Source of the DNA: Treponema sp. UBA1240
GTDB taxonomy: Bacteria > Spirochaetota > Spirochaetia > Treponematales > Treponemataceae
Assembly: GCA_002308875.1 (NCBI GenBank)
Contig: DBWK01000063.1
Location: forward strand, 42,495 to 89,128
Length of the DNA stretch: 46,634 bases
Direction: 5' to 3'
The notes beneath the pieces were generated by a model. The model did no database searches. It was not told the origin of the DNA and worked only from the letters and a program-made list of their open reading frames with translations. Shown here piece by piece: positions 1 to 8,275 of this stretch. How positions within the stretch are numbered: the first letter of the stretch is position 1; each line of letters opens with the position of its first letter. Made by a program: the position numbers and the translations under genes.

Positions 1-1055
1 GCCGGCATTTCTTCCATACGACCTGAAAGCTCACGTAAGGCTTCTGCCCAACGACTTGTGGAATCCGCCATGATTGCAACCGCCATTCCCATATCGCGGT
101 AGTATTCGGCAAGTGTTATTCCCGAATAAAGCGAAACTTCGCGTGCCGCAACCGGCATATTTGAAGTGTTAGCAATGAGAATTGTTCGTTCCATAAGTGA
201 ACGTCCCGTGCGCGGATCAATAAGTGTAGGGAATTCCGTAAGAACATCGGTCATTTCGTTTCCGCGTTCACCGCAACCTATGTAGATGATTATGTCAGCA
301 TCGCACCATTTTGCGATAGCGTGCTGAGTCATTGTTTTTCCCGTGCCGAAGCCGCCAGGAATTGCAGCGGTTCCGCCTTTTGAAAGCGGAAAAAAAACGT
401 CAATAACGCGCTGTCCGGTAAGGAGCGGTTCCGTAACGGTGAGTTTTTCCTGATACGGACGCGGTTTTCGTACCGGCCAGTATTGTGCGAGGAAAATTTT
501 CTCGCCAAGCTCGGTTTCGGCGATAACGTCATTTATTGTGTAGCTGCCTTCTGCAACAATGTTTTTAAGTGTTTTTCCCTTTACAGCCGGCGGAACCATT
601 ATTTTGTGCGTAACGGAAGAGGTTTCTTTTACTGTTCCAAGCACTTTACCGGGTTTTATTTCTGTTCCGGAAGTGATAACCGGAACAAAACGCCATTTTT
701 TTTCTTCATCAAGTGGTGTATTTCTCTGTCCCGGAAGAAGGAATGAGCCCGATTCTTTGTACATATTTTCGAGTGGACGCTGTATTCCGTCATAAATGGT
801 TCCTACCAGTCCTGGTCCCAGCCGAAGTGAAAGCGGTCGTTTGTTACAGAAAACTTCTTCGCCGACGCGCATTCCACTGTCGTCTTCGTAAACCTGTATT
901 GTGGCTATTCCGTTTTTAAGGCGAATTATCTCGCCGATAAGTTTTGTATTCCCGCAGTCTACAACGTCGTACAAGCCACAGCTGTCCAATCCCTCTGCAT
1001 AAATAACAGGACCTGAAATGCGGGTAATCCTTCCTTTAACTGTATTTTCCGTCAT
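1..1055 (-). CDS. atpA: V/A-type ATP synthase catalytic subunit A, N-terminal ~351 codons (C-terminus lies beyond the left window edge)
   Basis: Open on the reverse strand from the left edge to ATG at 1055-1053. There is no stop in the window, so it is absent from the ORF track. My translation gives ..[18 protein letters not shown].. (Walker A, about 333-356) and ..[22 protein letters not shown].. (about 1-70), both diagnostic of subunit A. The start overlaps the atpE stop (ATGA). Confidence 0.85.
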   Translation of the reverse strand, partial: MTENTVKGRITRISGPVIYAEGLDSCGLYDVVDCGNTKLIGEIIRLKNGIATIQVYEDDSGMRVGEEVFCNKRPLSLRLGPGLVGTIYDGIQRPLENMYKESGSFLLPGQRNTPLDEEKKWRFVPVITSGTEIKPGKVLGTVKETSSVTHKIMVPPAVKGKTLKNIVAEGSYTINDVIAETELGEKIFLAQYWPVRKPRPYQEKLTVTEPLLTGQRVIDVFFPLSKGGTAAIPGGFGTGKTMTQHAIAKWCDADIIIYIGCGERGNEMTDVLTEFPTLIDPRTGRSLMERTILIANTSNMPVAAREVSLYSGITLAEYYRDMGMAVAIMADSTSRWAEALRELSGRMEEMP

Positions 1056-1669
1056 TGTTCAAATCTCCCGCTAAACAGTGTATTTGCAAGTTCAAAACGG
1101 TTTGTATCTATAATGCTGTGTACAAGTTCCGCAATGGTTGCTCTGCACATAACGGTTTTGTCTTCCGTTTCTATATATAATCCTTCTTCAAAATCAGCAC
1201 CAGTTTTCTTTCGTTCGGTAATTTCCGCAATCATTTTTTTGCCGAAGTTTTTTTCTAGAAGAGTTTGTACTGTTGTTCCGCTGAAACCGGTATACTGCGC
1301 TGAAAACTTTTTATTGTTCAAAAAAGGCTTGTATTGTATAAGCAGTTTTTCTACAAGTTGTTCCCGTTGTTTTTCTGACAGTGCGGAAATATAAGCTTTT
1401 ATTGCGTCTATAATGGTTTGGTTCTGAAAAGATACAAGAAAACGCTCTTTTTCCAGCGGGAGTGACGCTTCCAGATTGTTGCCGTAGTTTTTGACGCGTT
1501 CCGCATACTGGTTTTTCTTTTCGGTTTCCACTTCTTTAATGCGGTCTTCCGTTTCATCAATAATGCGTTGCCCGTCAATGTCCGCACGTTTTAAAAGTTT
1601 TTCCGCTTTTCGGCGTGCGTCTTCCTGTATCTCTTTATCGAGTATTTCCGTTGAACGAAACTCTTTCAT
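1052..1669 (-). CDS. atpE: V/A-type ATP synthase stalk subunit E
   Basis: 205 aa with a charged coiled-coil N-terminus ([23 protein letters not shown]..) and a globular C-terminus. It sits between the F and A subunit genes. Its stop overlaps the atpA start. Confidence 0.75.
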   Translation of the reverse strand: MKEFRSTEILDKEIQEDARRKAEKLLKRADIDGQRIIDETEDRIKEVETEKKNQYAERVKNYGNNLEASLPLEKERFLVSFQNQTIIDAIKAYISALSEKQREQLVEKLLIQYKPFLNNKKFSAQYTGFSGTTVQTLLEKNFGKKMIAEITERKKTGADFEEGLYIETEDKTVMCRATIAELVHSIIDTNRFELANTLFSGRFEQ

Positions 1670-1704
1670 AATAAAACTCTCAAATTCAAATATATTCTGC
1701 CAAT

Positions 1705-2043
1705 TTAAACTGAAATGCCAATAGCCTCTCTAATTGAATCGGTTAATGTTTTTTTGCCTTTCAATCTTCCCTGTAAACCGGGTATTTCTACAATCAGCGG
1801 ATATTTTCCTGACTTTTGCCAGTTGATTACTTCATCTTCCAGCATAACGGCGACTTCTTCCGTGAGAATAAGAATCTTTGCGCGATCTTCATTTACGGGA
1901 GCTGCCGCAATCCCTGCGCCTTTTCCGGTAACACGGTTAAAAATTTCCAATGCTTCTGTACGGTTTACGGCAACTTCACCCGTTACGCCTACAAGCGCAA
2001 ACGCCAGCACAAGTTCCCGTTCACCAATAACAAAATATTGCAC
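1705..2043 (-). CDS. atpF: V/A-type ATP synthase subunit F
   Basis: 112 aa, MQYFVIGERELVLAFALVGV.., with the size and N-terminal motif typical of subunit F. GTG start at 2043 preceded by AAGGGAA. Confidence 0.75.
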   Translation of the reverse strand: MQYFVIGERELVLAFALVGVTGEVAVNRTEALEIFNRVTGKGAGIAAAPVNEDRAKILILTEEVAVMLEDEVINWQKSGKYPLIVEIPGLQGRLKGKKTLTDSIREAIGISV

Positions 2044-2055
2044 TGTTATTTTCCC

Positions 2056-2364
2056 TTACATTATGATAATCAAAAGTGCAACAAGAAAGCCCCAAAGACA
2101 AATACCTTCTGCAAGTCCTACGAATGGAAGTGCTTTTCCCGAAAGTTCTGAATTTTCAGCCATAGCGCCCATTGCGGCTGCACCGATTTTTCCAACGGCA
2201 AGTCCACCGCCGATACAAGCAAAACCAACTGCAAGTGCTGCGGCAAAGTATTTTAATACTGAACCGGCTTCTTTTGTTGTTGCTTCTTCGCCTTCAGTTG
2301 CTGCAAAAAGTGATGCAGCAATCAGAATCATGAGCAAGGCTAAAATAATTTTTTTCCCTTTCAT
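2056..2364 (-). CDS. atpK: V/A-type ATP synthase proteolipid subunit K (single-hairpin c subunit with an N-terminal signal-like helix)
   Basis: 102 aa. An N-terminal hydrophobic segment is followed by GFACIGGGLAVGKIGAAAMGAMAEN and PFVGLAEGICLWGFLVALLII, with the ion-binding Glu in GLAEG. AGGAGA lies 7 nt upstream of the ATG. Confidence 0.85.
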   Translation of the reverse strand: MKGKKIILALLMILIAASLFAATEGEEATTKEAGSVLKYFAAALAVGFACIGGGLAVGKIGAAAMGAMAENSELSGKALPFVGLAEGICLWGFLVALLIIIM

Positions 2365-2388
2365 ACTAATTCTCCTGTATATTTTGAC

Positions 2389-4365
2389 CTAAGATTTGTA
2401 TTTAAATTGAAACGGTTTGAACTCAACACCTGTTTCCGTGAAAAACTTTGAAAAGAATTCGTAGTATTGCAGACGGATAACCTGTATTGCAACAATCATT
2501 CCTTCAAGTACAATTACAACTGCGTTACCGATTATTAATACGGCAAGCCCTCCAATACCTCCGAGCATTTCGTTCATCGTGCATATAATGTAGCCAAGAA
2601 CAACATGTGCAAGGGCAAACGCTCCTACCCGTAAAAAGCTTACTGTATTTGACAGATAGTTTGAAACAACGTCCAGTAGTTCTACAACTCCTTCAATAAT
2701 GCCTACTCCCAGTCCGTTTTCAAAACATGGTTTTTCATGTTCACAGAGCCGTTCAAGAGGATGTGCAAAGAAAACGCCGAGTAGTGAAACACCTATTATT
2801 ATCCAGTCATAAAGCGCTATTTTGTGATGAAATGCAGCAATTCTGACGGCAAGCGCAATTGTGTACCAAAAGAAAACTGCACCGCAAAGACCAGTCTTAC
2901 CGAAGAAAGCGTGTCCCCATTTTTTAAGCGATACGTTGTTTATAAAGTTAAGTACAAGACCTACTGAGTTAATGATAAAACCTACCGACAAAGTAAAGCC
3001 GAAAAAGATGAATACAAGAGGCATTGTTTCTTTGCTTGGCATAAGATGCAAAATTGGAGCAAAAGCCTTTTCCTTGCCGACAAAGAGACCTGTTACAAAG
3101 TAGCTGAAAGGCTTTAATAGTTCTTCGTTTGTAAAGAATTCACCGGTCAAAAGCCCCATGATAAAACTGGAACATCCGATGGCTATGAAAATGAGACCGT
3201 ACTTGTTCCAGCCCTTTACCGTGACAAGGTTAAAGTGAAGAAGAAGACCTATCAGAACAAACACCAGTCCTTGTCCCGCATCTCCGAACATTATACCGAA
3301 AAGCAGAATAAAGAATGTGGCTACAAACGGGGTAGGGTCGATTGTTCCGTATTTTGGCGCACCGTAGCCCAAAATCAAACCTTCAAAACTTTTTATGAAT
3401 TTTCCGTGCTTAAGTTTTACAGGAACCTGCTCCCTGCCTTTTTGTACGGATGGAATTTCATCCGGTTGGTACTGGCGGACGGCTATTCTTCCTTCCGTGA
3501 GATTATCCAAATCTTTTACAAGGTTGTCTGTTTCAAAAACCGGAATCCAACCTACAATTCTATATACTAATTCAGTGGCTTCAAGCTTGTCGCGGAGAAT
3601 TTGAACCTGCATTCCCACAGAAAAAATCTGAAGAAGCTTGAGGAGCTTTTCCTCATGTGTTTTTGCAAAAGAAACACGCTGTTCTTCAATCGCGTTTATT
3701 TCGGTTTGTTTGTCTTCGAGCTGCTGCTTCATTCCTTCCAGCATATCATCGGGAATGCCTTTAAAATCTTTCGGAATTTCCAACGGAATAAAACCGAATT
3801 TTTTTAATTCCGCATCAAGCGCAAAGCGAGCTTTTCTTGATGTTGCAACCATTATTCGGGAATTGTCTTCTCCAAGCGGTATTATGATTGCGCGTTCACC
3901 AAGCGAAAAACGCATACTTTCAAGTATGTCGGGATCTATTTTACCGATTCTCATTGTGAGAAAAGAAAGATGTTCAAGTTCCGAGTATGAAACTTTAAGA
4001 TTTACAAACGAAAGTGCTTCCTGATAAGCCTCTTTAAGTTTTTTAAGTTCATCCGCAAGTTGCAGCTCTTTTTCGCGTATTTCGTCGGTATTGCGGATTA
4101 TTTCGGAAGCTTCCCTGAAATCAGCGTCGGAAGGTTTCGACGGATTGCAGTTGTAGTCATCTATGTCGTTAATGTTCAGATAGGCGCGAATCAGCTGAAG
4201 CTTGTCGAAGACTTCCTTTGAAGTATTCGGTACGTTTGAGGAAGATTCCTTGAGCTGAGAATAAAACTGAAAAACACCCTTCTTGCCGAGATATTCAATA
4301 ACAGGATCCACATCCTGTTTCATTATCATTAGTTCTATAAGCCGCATTTCTGCTGTTTTTGCCAT
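2389..4365 (-). CDS. atpI: V/A-type ATP synthase subunit I (stator a-subunit)
   Basis: The ORF track gives 2389..4392 (GTG). I prefer ATG 4365 (MAKTAEMRLIEL..), which follows GGAGA by 6 nt and removes the overlap with atpC. It has a soluble N-terminal half, a multi-TM C-terminal half and the essential-Arg motif SFLRVGAFALAH. Confidence 0.85.
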   Translation of the reverse strand: MAKTAEMRLIELMIMKQDVDPVIEYLGKKGVFQFYSQLKESSSNVPNTSKEVFDKLQLIRAYLNINDIDDYNCNPSKPSDADFREASEIIRNTDEIREKELQLADELKKLKEAYQEALSFVNLKVSYSELEHLSFLTMRIGKIDPDILESMRFSLGERAIIIPLGEDNSRIMVATSRKARFALDAELKKFGFIPLEIPKDFKGIPDDMLEGMKQQLEDKQTEINAIEEQRVSFAKTHEEKLLKLLQIFSVGMQVQILRDKLEATELVYRIVGWIPVFETDNLVKDLDNLTEGRIAVRQYQPDEIPSVQKGREQVPVKLKHGKFIKSFEGLILGYGAPKYGTIDPTPFVATFFILLFGIMFGDAGQGLVFVLIGLLLHFNLVTVKGWNKYGLIFIAIGCSSFIMGLLTGEFFTNEELLKPFSYFVTGLFVGKEKAFAPILHLMPSKETMPLVFIFFGFTLSVGFIINSVGLVLNFINNVSLKKWGHAFFGKTGLCGAVFFWYTIALAVRIAAFHHKIALYDWIIIGVSLLGVFFAHPLERLCEHEKPCFENGLGVGIIEGVVELLDVVSNYLSNTVSFLRVGAFALAHVVLGYIICTMNEMLGGIGGLAVLIIGNAVVIVLEGMIVAIQVIRLQYYEFFSKFFTETGVEFKPFQFKYKS

Positions 4366-4379
4366 ATATTTCTCCAATA

Positions 4380-5393
4380 CTACACTACGCACGCAAAGGT
4401 TTTTAACTGTTCTGAATCTATATTCAGGCGCAGACCTTCTGCCGCTGTGCGAATGCAGTCAAGCTCGTGCTGTTTGATTTTAAACCATGGTACAAGGACT
4501 GCCGGTGAACATGGAAACTTGTGAAAAGTTTTCATTGCCTGTTTGTTGATTTTCAGGTTTATAGATTTTTGAACCCAACGCGGATCAATTGACCATATTT
4601 CTCCGTCGGTTACAGGGTTTATGAGATCCGCATATTGCCAGTCATTCCAATCATTTATGGAATCTGTTGCAAAATTCAGTGTTTTTATTGCAGGCAGAGC
4701 AAGAATATCGTTCTTGTTCTTTTTGTCCGCATCAGCCCACACAAGATGGGATTTTATTTCATCTTCGTTCATATTGTAATAAACGCGGAGTCTGATTGCC
4801 CACAGAATGTTGTTGAGGATTATTTCTTCGCCTATGATTTTTTTCATTGCAAGGCGCAGTTCGCCTCGTTCTTTTTGAACCGCCTGCCATAAAAGGCCGA
4901 TATATTGCGAATCAAGCTTTTGTTCGAATTCCTGCTGTTCTTGAATTTCAACTTTTTTGTTATACCAGGCAAATGGAGTTCCTGCTGTCATCGCTGAAAT
5001 GTCTTTGCCAAGATGCCATTTTATTTGCGTAAATTTGCCTATATTTGTCAGTGGAGGAAGTTCCGACTGGTTCTTGCATACGGCGTAGTTGAATTTTTTT
5101 AGATTAGAGTAGTCGTAAAAACGGAGTAACTGTAATGCTACAGGATCTGGTTTTGAAAAAAGAGCAAGACTGTTGCAAAAATCGTCAATAAAACGTTTTT
5201 CAGCTTCTGTTTCGATTTTTTTTGCAAGTAACGATTCCGGTACAAGCGGAATTTCAGCATCAAAAAGAAGTACCCACAAGTCCTGCAGGTTGTTTACCTG
5301 AAAAAGCTTATTTGCTCTTTCTCCTACAAATGCTTTTGCCAACTTCCCGCTTATTCTTGCATATACAAAATCTGCTGCACTGGAATTATTCAT
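4380..5393 (-). CDS. atpC: V/A-type ATP synthase subunit C (d-like)
   Basis: 337 aa, alpha-helical. Position and size match subunit C immediately upstream of subunit I. N-terminus ..YARISGKLAKAFVGERANKL... Confidence 0.7.
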   Translation of the reverse strand: MNNSSAADFVYARISGKLAKAFVGERANKLFQVNNLQDLWVLLFDAEIPLVPESLLAKKIETEAEKRFIDDFCNSLALFSKPDPVALQLLRFYDYSNLKKFNYAVCKNQSELPPLTNIGKFTQIKWHLGKDISAMTAGTPFAWYNKKVEIQEQQEFEQKLDSQYIGLLWQAVQKERGELRLAMKKIIGEEIILNNILWAIRLRVYYNMNEDEIKSHLVWADADKKNKNDILALPAIKTLNFATDSINDWNDWQYADLINPVTDGEIWSIDPRWVQKSINLKINKQAMKTFHKFPCSPAVLVPWFKIKQHELDCIRTAAEGLRLNIDSEQLKTFACVV

Positions 5394-5402
5394 AGTTCTG
5401 CC

Positions 5403-5708
5403 TCATTTGCCAAAAAGCAATGTCTCCAGCAGATTATTAAAGGCATTTTCATCGCGCTGCCAGTTTTTTATTTCATTACAGTATGCATCGTATTCGGTTT
5501 TATGCTGGTCATCCAAAAGCTTTACAGCTTCCGTATACTGTTTTTCCTGTTCGGTTATTATTTTGTCATAAGCTTCTTTGTAAATAACATCAGCTCTTTT
5601 TCGGAATTGGTCTATATGCTTGTTGTATTCATTCTGCGCATCCGACAGTAATTCGGCGGCTGATTGCTCAACTTCAAATAAATGCCCGATTATGTCCTGA
5701 TCCATCAT
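5403..5708 (-). CDS. putative V/A-type ATPase peripheral-stalk subunit (G/H-like coiled coil)
   Basis: 101 aa and entirely charged-helical (..AQNEYNKHIDQFRKRADVIYKEAYDKIITEQEKQ..). It is the first gene of the ATPase block, with AAGAGG upstream. The assignment rests on context and composition only. Confidence 0.45.
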   Translation of the reverse strand: MMDQDIIGHLFEVEQSAAELLSDAQNEYNKHIDQFRKRADVIYKEAYDKIITEQEKQYTEAVKLLDDQHKTEYDAYCNEIKNWQRDENAFNNLLETLLFGK

Positions 5709-5723
5709 GTCAGCAGCCTCTTT

Positions 5724-6194
5724 TTACACAGCTCCCAACTGATCCTCATACCGGACTAATATACGGTGAATGTCAGAGGGAGATTTTTGCTCCATTATTT
5801 CTTTATAAAAAGATTTGTTTTCAAGAATTTGCGCAAGACGCTTTAATACAAAAAGATGACGCTCGCTTTCATTTGTGGAAGAAATGATAAGCAAAAATAA
5901 ATACGTGGGCTTTCCATCAAGAGAATCAAAATCTATTCCGGAACGTGAAATTCCTATAACGCCGTGAATTCCGTTCAAAGTTTCAGATTTTCCGTGAGGA
6001 ATTGCAATGCCCGGCATAATACCGGTAGACATTTTTTCCTCGCGGTTTAAAACAGAAGAAAGTAGCTGTGAGCGATCCGCTCCTGGAATATGTGCAACAA
6101 GCTGTTCTACAAGTTCTGCAATAACTTCTTCTTTGTCTTCGCTCTGCAAATCAACTATTATTGCATTGGGAGAGAAAACTTCTCCAAGTACCAT
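5724..6194 (-). CDS. ptsN: PTS EIIA type-2 domain protein (PtsN/EIIA-Ntr-like)
   Basis: 156 aa with ..STGIMPGIAIPHGKS.. (phospho-His loop) and ..YLFLLIISSTNESERHLFVLKRLAQIL.., typical of EIIA(Ntr/Fru/Mtl). Confidence 0.75.
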   Translation of the reverse strand: MVLGEVFSPNAIIVDLQSEDKEEVIAELVEQLVAHIPGADRSQLLSSVLNREEKMSTGIMPGIAIPHGKSETLNGIHGVIGISRSGIDFDSLDGKPTYLFLLIISSTNESERHLFVLKRLAQILENKSFYKEIMEQKSPSDIHRILVRYEDQLGAV

Positions 6195-6208
6195 AAGAAC
6201 CCCGAAAC

Positions 6209-6565
6209 TTATTCTGAAACGAGATTTGCACCCGTATCCTGTGCAGGTGTTTCAGCAGCCTTGTCTTCTGTCCACCATTCAGTATTTTCCTGTTCCTGTG
6301 TTTGAACCACAGGTGTCAGCGTTTTTGCTGCAGGTGTTTTGTTAAGATATGCCAGACCAAATGTTGCAAGAAAGAACAATGCGACAAGAACGTAAGTTGT
6401 TTTTGTGAGAACGTTTGCTGAACGAGAACCGAACGCCTGTGTACCGGCACCGCCAAAAAGTCCGCCGAGACCTTCGCCTTCCTCATTCTGAAGCAGTACC
6501 AGAATAACAAGTAATATACATACAATAATAAAAGCTATAAGAAGAATTATACCGATAACACCCAT
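6209..6565 (-). CDS. secG: preprotein translocase subunit SecG
   Basis: 118 aa with two TM segments flanking LLQNEEGEGLGGLFGGAGTQAFGSRSANVLTK, the SecG signature loop. GGAG upstream. Confidence 0.8.
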   Translation of the reverse strand: MGVIGIILLIAFIIVCILLVILVLLQNEEGEGLGGLFGGAGTQAFGSRSANVLTKTTYVLVALFFLATFGLAYLNKTPAAKTLTPVVQTQEQENTEWWTEDKAAETPAQDTGANLVSE

Positions 6566-6650
6566 AATTGTTTTTTCTCCACTGTAATAATTGTTTTAAA
6601 AGGAAACTTTCGGAAGATTTTCCTTTTAGTTCCGTAATAAATGTTAAATA

Positions 6651-6678
6651 ACTATATAAAAAAAGAAAATTTTATGCA
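6651..6678 (-). promoter_or_regulatory. candidate sigma70-type promoter for the secG-ptsN-ATPase operon
   Basis: The reverse strand reads TTGCAT-N16-TATAGT about 80 nt upstream of the secG ATG. Pattern match only. Confidence 0.3.
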
Positions 6679-6762
6679 ATAGAAAGTTTTTTTTCATTTT
6701 TAGCATTGTACAAAAATCTGATATGGTGTAATGTCATTCTTACCACAAAAAAAATACTGCCG

Positions 6763-6790
6763 TTGACAGATTTGGTTATCCCCCAATAGT
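6763..6790 (+). promoter_or_regulatory. candidate sigma70-type promoter for dat
   Basis: Consensus -35 TTGACA (6763-6768), a 16-nt spacer, then AATAGT (6785-6790). Confidence 0.35.
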
Positions 6791-6794
6791 AGTG

Positions 6795-6814
6795 ATGAAA
6801 ACAATGGTTTTCAT
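6795..6814. promoter_or_regulatory. perfect 8-4-8 inverted repeat (ATGAAAAC aatg GTTTTCAT) at the predicted dat transcription start
   Basis: Read directly from the sequence: arms at 6795-6802 and 6807-6814 are exact reverse complements. It lies 4 nt after the candidate -10. Confidence 0.4.
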
Positions 6815-6840
6815 GGGACTACACGTAATGGAGAACGTCG

Positions 6841-8193
6841 ATGCTTGAAAAAAAGGGCACCAATCAGTATTACATTACCAGACAGGATTCCACTGAATCT
6901 AACGCTCGAAGCTACCCGAGAAAGTTCCCTTTTGCATTGGCAAAGGCGCAGGGGTCATGGATCGAGGACGTAGAAGGAAACAGATATCTGGATTTTTTGT
7001 GCGGAGCTGGAACTCTCGCACTGGGTCACAACGACCATGACGTAAATCAGGCTATGGTAGAGATGCTTACAAACGGCTCACCTCTTCATACACTGGATTT
7101 AACCACACCTGTAAAAGACGAATTTGTACATACAGTACTTTCTGTTCTTCCCGATGAGCTTTCAAAAAATGCACGAATACAGTTTTGTAGTCCTTCCGGT
7201 ACGGATGCGACTGATGCTGCAATAAAGCTTTGTAAAACGGCTACCGGTCGTTCTTCTGTAATTGCGTTTTCAGGTGGCTATCACGGAATGGGACATGGTG
7301 CTCTTGCTTGTACCGGAAACCTTAACGCAAAGAACAAAGTTCATGGTTTAATGCCGGACGTTCATTTTTTCCCTGCCCCGTATTCTTACCGTTGTCCGTT
7401 CGGACTCGGTGGTGAAGCCGGTGTAAAAGCGGCGTGTACTTACTTTGAACGAACTTTAAAAGACCCGGAAAGTGGAATTACAAAACCGGCCTGTGTTATT
7501 CTTGAACCTATTCAAGGCGAAGGCGGTGTTATTCCTCTTCCGGTCGAATTCCTTAAGACTATAAGGCGTGTTACAAAAGAACTGGACATCCCGATGATTG
7601 TGGATGAGATACAATGCGGAGTCGGACGTTCCGGCAGATTCTTTGCCTTTGAATATGCAGACATCGTTCCGGATGTAATTCTCAGTTCAAAGGCAATTGG
7701 TGGAAGTCAGCCGCTTTCAATCGTAATATACCATAAAGATCTTGATAAATGGACGCAGGGTGCTCATGCCGGAACATTCCGCGGCAACCAGCTTGCTATG
7801 AAAGCGGGAACTGTTCTTATTAACAAAGTTTTCAAACCGGATTTTTTGGCTGATGTTGTAAGAAAAGGCGACATCATAAAAAAACGGCTTTTGGCGCTTA
7901 AGGACAAAGTTTCCGTTATTGGCGACGTACGCGGCAAGGGTTTGATGATTGGTACCGAATTCGTAAATCCTAAAGGCGAAAAAGATTCTCTCGGTTCTTT
8001 GCCGCCAAGCGGTGAGATTGCGGCAAGAGTACAAAAACTTTGTTTTGAAAACCGTCTGGTTGCTGAAAAAGGTGGAAGGAACGGTTCTGTAATGCGCTGT
8101 TTGTGCGCACTGAATATAACCGATGAAGACATTGAAAAGGCAATGGATATATTTGAAAAATGTGTTTTAAAGGTTGACAGCGAATACAGATAA
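6841..8193 (+). CDS. dat: diaminobutyrate--2-oxoglutarate transaminase (class-III aminotransferase)
   Basis: 450 aa. ..ESNARSYPRKFPFALAKAQGSWIEDVEGNRYLDFLCGAGTLALGHN.. closely resembles the Dat/EctB N-terminus. ..EPIQGEGGV.., ..VDEIQCGVGRSG.. and a PLP-Lys region (SSKAIGG) are present. GGAGA upstream. Confidence 0.8.
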   Translation: MLEKKGTNQYYITRQDSTESNARSYPRKFPFALAKAQGSWIEDVEGNRYLDFLCGAGTLALGHNDHDVNQAMVEMLTNGSPLHTLDLTTPVKDEFVHTVLSVLPDELSKNARIQFCSPSGTDATDAAIKLCKTATGRSSVIAFSGGYHGMGHGALACTGNLNAKNKVHGLMPDVHFFPAPYSYRCPFGLGGEAGVKAACTYFERTLKDPESGITKPACVILEPIQGEGGVIPLPVEFLKTIRRVTKELDIPMIVDEIQCGVGRSGRFFAFEYADIVPDVILSSKAIGGSQPLSIVIYHKDLDKWTQGAHAGTFRGNQLAMKAGTVLINKVFKPDFLADVVRKGDIIKKRLLALKDKVSVIGDVRGKGLMIGTEFVNPKGEKDSLGSLPPSGEIAARVQKLCFENRLVAEKGGRNGSVMRCLCALNITDEDIEKAMDIFEKCVLKVDSEYR

Positions 8194-8225
8194 CTGTTTT
8201 TCTGTCAATTCATTTTTGTTTTATT

Positions 8226-8259
8226 AAAAAGCTGTAGAGTAAACTTTACGGCTTTTTTT
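8226..8259 (+). terminator. intrinsic terminator-like hairpin between dat and ddc
   Basis: 9-bp stem 8231-8239/8244-8252 (4 GC, 3 AU, 2 GU) with loop TAAA. It is flanked by an A-run upstream and 7 T (8253-8259) downstream. Confidence 0.45.
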
Positions 8260-8275
8260 ATGTGAGGGAGTATTT

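Noticed and set aside
1715-2392. 225-aa plus-strand ORF (Ser/Ala/Pro/Thr-rich) opposite atpF and atpK.
   Set aside because: It is fully antisense to two well-supported ATPase genes, has low-complexity composition and no SD. This is a typical shadow ORF.
6795-6848. 17-codon Met-rich upstream ORF (MKTMVFMGLHVMENVDA) overlapping the dat start; a possible leader peptide.
   Set aside because: It has no SD. Its ATG lies only 4 nt after the candidate -10, so it is probably not fully transcribed. The inverted-repeat interpretation is simpler.
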